A DNA stretch of 64,000 nucleotides from the IMG/VR virus record IMGVR_UViG_3300031552_000003, positions 1-64,000 of that record. One strand, 5' to 3'. Below, piece by piece: positions 59,277-64,000 of this stretch (position 1 is the first letter of the stretch; each line of letters starts with the position of its first letter). The position numbers and the translations under genes are program-made. The notes below the pieces were generated by a model. That model was given only the letters and a program-made list of their open reading frames with translations. It did no database searches and was not told the DNA's origin. This DNA is from a virus.

Positions 59277-59554
59277 TTTAATAAAATATTAGTTTGAAAA
59301 ACACTTCTTTTAGTTCCTTTTTTGTTTGGTGTATTATCTTTTCTTAATTCTACCCCACTATATACACATTCTGGAGGATTAGAAAAATAAATACGAATAA
59401 CTTCAACTTTAATAGACCCAGCATGATCTTTAATAATATCACCTATTTTAACAGTATTTTTTGAAATAGCAAAATCTCTTCCTACTTCTTTTTTTGCATT
59501 TTTAAAAACAGTATTTAAAAATTTTATTTTTTCGTTATATTGTTCTATTGTCAT
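59273..59554 (-). CDS. Hypothetical protein (start MTIEQ preferred)
   Basis: N.VKIGDII.DH...IKV. Confidence 0.55.
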   Translation of the reverse strand: MTIEQYNEKIKFLNTVFKNAKKEVGRDFAISKNTVKIGDIIKDHAGSIKVEVIRIYFSNPPECVYSGVELRKDNTPNKKGTKRSVFQTNILLK

Positions 59555-59567
59555 AATATTTAAAGTT

Positions 59568-59885
59568 TTAAGCGTGAATATATTTAATAGGTTTTCCAAG
59601 CATTTTTGCATATGCGATTTCTATTTTTACACCTTTTGATTTTTCCCAACATGATAATAGTAAAACATGCAACTCATCACACCATTCAATAAAAGATAAA
59701 TCTTGTTGCATCCAAAATTCATGGTCTAAAGGCAAATCACATTGTTTTGATATTGGATGACTATGAGAAATAGGGGAAAATACTATATTTCCTTGTAACA
59801 TCAATTCTGCCGCTTTATTATTAGCTAAGAAATATCCATAATTTGGGTCTGCTGAATATGGGACTGCTAAATATATTTTTTTCAT
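59568..59885 (-). CDS. DUF1937 / nucleoside 2-deoxyribosyltransferase-like
   Basis: IYLA.PYS, VFSPI.HSH, W...D, W..S.GV..EI. Confidence 0.8.
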   Translation of the reverse strand: MKKIYLAVPYSADPNYGYFLANNKAAELMLQGNIVFSPISHSHPISKQCDLPLDHEFWMQQDLSFIEWCDELHVLLLSCWEKSKGVKIEIAYAKMLGKPIKYIHA

Positions 59886-59896
59886 GTTAATCTATT

Positions 59897-60781
59897 TTAA
59901 GCATTATATTTTTCCCAAGAAACTGTATTAAAAATTTCTTTGCGATTTACCCATCTGGCAAAACGTTTTAAATGTATATTAGGTTCTTTGTTTGTTTCAA
60001 AATCACGATAAGGTTGGGCAAATGGATTACAATGTTTTTCTTTTAAAAAATTAACACGTTCTAAAGCATCAGGAATATCTTTTACTAAAACATAAACAAA
60101 AACACGATAATTTTTAAATCCGAATTTATTTAAGTTTTGTAATGCTTTTTCAATTTGTGGTATTTGATTTTTAGTATCACATGCCATACGTAATACACTT
60201 TTCCATTTTACTTTACTAAGTAATTCAGCTATTTCAATATTTTTTGCAATTATTCGAGCATCTAAACCTTGGTTAAAATCTACTTTAATTTTAAGTTTAA
60301 CTATTTTTTCAATTTGTTGTAAACCATGCTCATGGGCAAGTACATTATTATCCATTAAAATTGCAGACTTTCTTCCTTGTAAAATTTCTTCTATATCTGC
60401 GTAAGGTTTAATGATCCCTTCCTTGCGAGGTACGATACACCATTCGCATTTATTAGGACAGCCACGGGTAAGAAAACCATAAGCATCAGGATACTGAGGA
60501 TAAATAGAATAGTCACATGGTAAATTATCTATGTTTTCTGGAAGAGTTTTGGAATATAGCTTATATCCGGTCCCTCCTTTTTCAATAACAGCAGATTCGT
60601 TAAATCCAAATTTAAAATCAGGAGTATATGTAAAAACTTTACTCATGTATATCTTATCAAAATTCCCCAATGTAACAAATGAAACAGAATCCCCTAAATT
60701 TTTATGATATTTGGAAATTTTCATTAAAGCTAAATTAGGGAAATTATGCCCATCTACATCAATTAATCCTATTTTACACAT
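59897..60781 (-). CDS. Radical SAM protein
   Basis: PNLALMK, TRGCPNKCEWC, DNN, DFNQGLD. Confidence 0.88.
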   Translation of the reverse strand: MCKIGLIDVDGHNFPNLALMKISKYHKNLGDSVSFVTLGNFDKIYMSKVFTYTPDFKFGFNESAVIEKGGTGYKLYSKTLPENIDNLPCDYSIYPQYPDAYGFLTRGCPNKCEWCIVPRKEGIIKPYADIEEILQGRKSAILMDNNVLAHEHGLQQIEKIVKLKIKVDFNQGLDARIIAKNIEIAELLSKVKWKSVLRMACDTKNQIPQIEKALQNLNKFGFKNYRVFVYVLVKDIPDALERVNFLKEKHCNPFAQPYRDFETNKEPNIHLKRFARWVNRKEIFNTVSWEKYNA

Positions 60782-60793
60782 ATATTAAGATTA

Positions 60794-60829
60794 ATAAAAC
60801 GAGAAGAGTTTAAAGCCTTCTCGTTTTAT
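60794..60829 (-). terminator. Intrinsic terminator hairpin
   Basis: ataaaacgagaag / cttctcgttttat 13-bp stem downstream of ORF 60852-61520. Confidence 0.75.
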
Positions 60830-60851
60830 GATTGTTATTTTGTTTGTTTTT

Positions 60852-61520
60852 TTACTTTGGCTTGGTAATATGATTATTTTTTTCTAATAATTCCAAAACA
60901 CGTTTTACAATAAGATTAGCATTTCTTATCCCATTACTTTTAGGGTCGGCCCCTTTTTTTGTCATTTTATCTCTTAATTCTGATAATGACATCCAGGGAT
61001 TTTTTCCAATAATTTCTAATGCTGTTGCAAAATCAGAATTTCTTTCTCTTAATTTCTTTTCTTTTACAACCTTCTCCTTTTTTTCTGCTTTTACTTTCGC
61101 TGGTTTTTCTTCTTCAACCACAACTGGTACTTTTTTTCCTTTTGCAAGGGCTGCTGCCGGAACTTTTTTAGATTCTTTTTTTGCAGGTTTTTCTTCTTCT
61201 ACTTCGTTAATCTCATTTTCAATATCATCGTCATATTCTTCTTCAATTTCTACTGCAATTGGAGCTTTTTTACCTTTTGTTGTTGGGGCTGTTTTCTTTT
61301 TTGGTGAAGCTATAAGTTCATTGATAATTGCATGTGCCCCTTCAGAAATTTCATCATCTTCAGTCATTTCCATAACTGCATTTTTGATTATTTCCACTAT
61401 CTCATCTTCAGTTGCTTTTTTCTGGATTATGATAGGCTCTTCAGTAACCTCATCAATTAAACCAAGGACATCAATCAATTCTTCAGCAACATTTCTTAAC
61501 TGTTTTACTGTTATACTCAT
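60852..61520 (-). CDS. Highly charged hypothetical protein (own promoter and terminator)
   Basis: Acidic and K/A/P-rich low-complexity core. Confidence 0.7.
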   Translation of the reverse strand: MSITVKQLRNVAEELIDVLGLIDEVTEEPIIIQKKATEDEIVEIIKNAVMEMTEDDEISEGAHAIINELIASPKKKTAPTTKGKKAPIAVEIEEEYDDDIENEINEVEEEKPAKKESKKVPAAALAKGKKVPVVVEEEKPAKVKAEKKEKVVKEKKLRERNSDFATALEIIGKNPWMSLSELRDKMTKKGADPKSNGIRNANLIVKRVLELLEKNNHITKPK

Positions 61521-61559
61521 AATTTTTAAAAATTTTAAATTAATATTAATTTTGAATCA

Positions 61560-61591
61560 CAAAAATACATTCTGATTTTATATAAAACAAA
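61560..61591 (-). promoter_or_regulatory. Consensus Bacteroidota sigma-A promoter TTTG-N20-TATTTTTG
   Basis: caaaaata 61560-61567 and caaa 61588-61591, 40 bp before ATG 61520. Confidence 0.72.
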
Positions 61592-61643
61592 TGTTTTTTA
61601 ATATTTTTTTAAATATTTTATTAAAACATTTATTTACCTGTTG

Positions 61644-62138
61644 TTAAATAGTTTTAAAAGTTTTAGTATTCATATCGGGCCAAAGGTATTTCCCATTATT
61701 AAAACCTTTATCTTCTGGAAACAATGGAAGATAAAATTCTTTATTCTTTTCTATTAATCTCGATCGCATAGCACGGTGAAAGTCTCCATTACCAAGCCAC
61801 CAAGGAAGGGAATATTGTAAATCCAAAACAGAACCACATATTTTCCCAAATAAATCATCTTCTTGTAAAGCAATTGTTTCATACTTGGTATTGATATTAT
61901 GTTTGGTTTTACAAATAATAAGAAACATGTTAAAATATGCTTTTAAAGCACAACCATACCCCACCCACATTTTAACTGCTGGATGTTCTCCCCATGGTAC
62001 TTTATCTTTTGGACATTCTTCTAAATGTGATAATATTGAGATTATCTGTTTAGCTTCTACAACTTGTTTCCAACATCTCTTTTTATCCATAACTTTAGCG
62101 CTATGTAAAAAATCCGGGTAAGGTAAAAATGTGTTCAT
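61644..62138 (-). CDS. Pyrimidine-dimer DNA glycosylase (DenV-like)
   Basis: TFLPY.DF..SA...D.KR..KQ.VE..QI, W..HPAV.MW, LP.WLG. Confidence 0.8.
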   Translation of the reverse strand: MNTFLPYPDFLHSAKVMDKKRCWKQVVEAKQIISILSHLEECPKDKVPWGEHPAVKMWVGYGCALKAYFNMFLIICKTKHNINTKYETIALQEDDLFGKICGSVLDLQYSLPWWLGNGDFHRAMRSRLIEKNKEFYLPLFPEDKGFNNGKYLWPDMNTKTFKTI

Positions 62139-62167
62139 AAATTTTAAGTTTTAAAATTAAAAATGAT

Positions 62168-63712
62168 TTACCAGTATGAACCGAGGCAGGGTCGCCCACG
62201 TTTTAAATTCTGCAAAACATGCACCTGGTTTTTAATATTGTACTCCCCTTCACGAATAGCTAATTGATTTATTCGCATCACCCCTATTTCTTTTTCTCTA
62301 CCATGGTGATCTTGGTTTAACCCATAAAAAGCAGTTACATGACCATATTTGCGCTTGTCCTCAGAAAAATTTCTTAATTTTAATAAATCATGCTCATAGC
62401 TATCCGCATCTGATTGTGTAACTGTTATTGTTAAACAATGACGAATATCTGAGACACCCCGCATATCCATCCATATTTTATTTTGTTTTGTTCGTTGTTC
62501 TTTTTCATATTCATCTGTCATAATATCTGGATAATCATAAAACACAACGTCAGGAATAAACCCTTCTTTTTCCCAAATATCCATTATGCTTAAAGATTTT
62601 TTTACAGTCAATGTGCCACTTGGTGTGGTATGTATTTTAAATTGTCGCTTATATTTTATAAAAAAGTTTGTTATTTTTTTTATTGCCTCATCTACTGTTA
62701 ATGGTTCCCCTACATCAATTTCTTTTAACCATACAGTCCCCCAATTATTCATTTTAAATTCATCACAAGCTGTACATGGGATGTAATCTGTGTTTTTTTT
62801 ATACGCTTCAACCAATTCTTTTTTTGTGACCTCCTTTCTTAATTCCAAAGTTTCTATTTTATTTTTTTTAAACACACCATAGCAGTTCCTACGATCGTTT
62901 TTATCACACAAATCCGCTTGATTAAACACACAATCTACCCCAGGGTGGTATATTGTTCCACTGTACTCTTTTTTGTTTGATTTACACGCCAAATAAATGG
63001 AAATACGAATTAGCAATTGATCCTCGTTCATATCCCCTGCTTCAAAAAAAGCGACACGCTTGCCTTGTTTAACCGCACGCATCGCCATATCAACCATAAA
63101 CCACGTCTTCCCCCTTTTTTCAGGGGACAACAAAGCAACAAATCCTCCGCGGACTAATTCGCTATTCCAAAAAGAACCCAAAGCACCATTGTATTTAATT
63201 AAACATTCAGAAGTATTATTAAAAGCATGTTCAACTTTAGTTAAAACGTTTTTATCAGACATGTCAAACCATTGCCCGGAATCTTTTGCCATTGGCTTGA
63301 ATGTCGTTGCTAATTTTTCCGCTTCTAATGATTTTCCTACTTCTAACAAATTTATTACTTCCTCAAAATGCTTTCGCATATGACGTTCATTGAAGTATTG
63401 CTTGGTAATGTCCACCAGGTAATCTACATTTACCCCTTCTTGCTCGTATTCTTCCGACAATCCTGGCAGGATAGACCCTTCCATTTCTTCGGTTAAATCC
63501 TTCGGTAAACCGTTTTCTTTCTTTTTGTAATAAATCGTCTCTATTTCTCTTCCGGGTGCTTTGGAATATTTATCAAAATATTCCATACACCATGCAGCAA
63601 TTCTTTTTGCTGTAGATGATTCAAATAATTGAATTGTCCAATAATCTTTAATTCTCTGAGTATATTCAGTGCTTGTAATAAGCCCTATGATTATCTTTCT
63701 TTCCTCTATCAT
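62168..63712 (-). CDS. dnaB: DnaB-like replicative helicase
   Basis: SPEKRGKT Walker A, DYPD, VTQ, SED.RK; Cys-rich insert. Confidence 0.8.
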   Translation of the reverse strand: MIEERKIIIGLITSTEYTQRIKDYWTIQLFESSTAKRIAAWCMEYFDKYSKAPGREIETIYYKKKENGLPKDLTEEMEGSILPGLSEEYEQEGVNVDYLVDITKQYFNERHMRKHFEEVINLLEVGKSLEAEKLATTFKPMAKDSGQWFDMSDKNVLTKVEHAFNNTSECLIKYNGALGSFWNSELVRGGFVALLSPEKRGKTWFMVDMAMRAVKQGKRVAFFEAGDMNEDQLLIRISIYLACKSNKKEYSGTIYHPGVDCVFNQADLCDKNDRRNCYGVFKKNKIETLELRKEVTKKELVEAYKKNTDYIPCTACDEFKMNNWGTVWLKEIDVGEPLTVDEAIKKITNFFIKYKRQFKIHTTPSGTLTVKKSLSIMDIWEKEGFIPDVVFYDYPDIMTDEYEKEQRTKQNKIWMDMRGVSDIRHCLTITVTQSDADSYEHDLLKLRNFSEDKRKYGHVTAFYGLNQDHHGREKEIGVMRINQLAIREGEYNIKNQVHVLQNLKRGRPCLGSYW

Positions 63713-64000
63713 ACTTCTCTATAATTAATATCATTAGTTTTTACTATCCTGCACATTTGTTGTATTCGTGAAGTAATTCTTTCATCCCCTAACTTTTCAG
63801 CTAATTCTGGTAAAGTAAAATTAGAAGTAAAAATTGTTGTTTTTTCATTTTCGTAACGATGGTTTATAATTAAGTAGAGTGTTTGTAATGCCCATTCTGT
63901 TGTTTTTTCTGCCCCAAAATCATCAAAAACTAAAAAATCAAGATTCTTGTATTTAGAAATTATTTCGAACTCACTCAAGTTTTTTTCTTCTTTATCATTT
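63709..64000 (-). CDS. DnaC/IstB-like helicase loader, C-terminal part (runs off window)
   Basis: LVFDDFGAE..TEW, IIN.RY....TIFTSN, RI.SRI. Confidence 0.85.
   Translation of the reverse strand, partial: NDKEEKNLSEFEIISKYKNLDFLVFDDFGAEKTTEWALQTLYLIINHRYENEKTTIFTSNFTLPELAEKLGDERITSRIQQMCRIVKTNDINYREV

Noticed and set aside
1-64000. tRNA/rRNA genes, integrase, alternative genetic code
   Set aside because: None recognisable by eye; long ORFs are intact under the standard code

Overview
AT-rich tailed-phage (siphovirus-like Caudoviricetes) genome segment with two convergent arms. The + arm (1.06-39.98 kb) carries terS, a terL with two inteins, an inserted cspA/secreted-fibre/SGNH/lysis block, portal, minor head, protease-scaffold, decoration protein and major capsid protein. 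A 13-gene glycan island follows (GT11, GT47, GT2, GT8-like, sulfotransferase, methyltransferase, ColD/ColC-like enzymes), then neck, tail tube, a frameshifted tail chaperone, tape measure and tail tip genes. The - arm (40-64 kb) carries recombination and replication genes: split SbcC plus SbcD, RuvC, RecA, SSB, UvsY-like, DnaX, split UDG-exo/PolA, sliding clamp, DnaB and a truncated DnaC-like loader. It also holds an array of short ORFs separated by attC-like repeats. TAnnTTTG promoters and A|Q signal peptides point to a Bacteroidota host. Most notable: a probable GDP-colitose and sulfated-glycan virion-glycosylation island, an integron-cassette-like array with inverted ORFs, a Pro1 non-canonical intein, SD sequences confined to abundant virion genes, and repeated gene insertions flanked by duplicated gene junctions. 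All product calls come from motif recognition by eye; no database searches were run.
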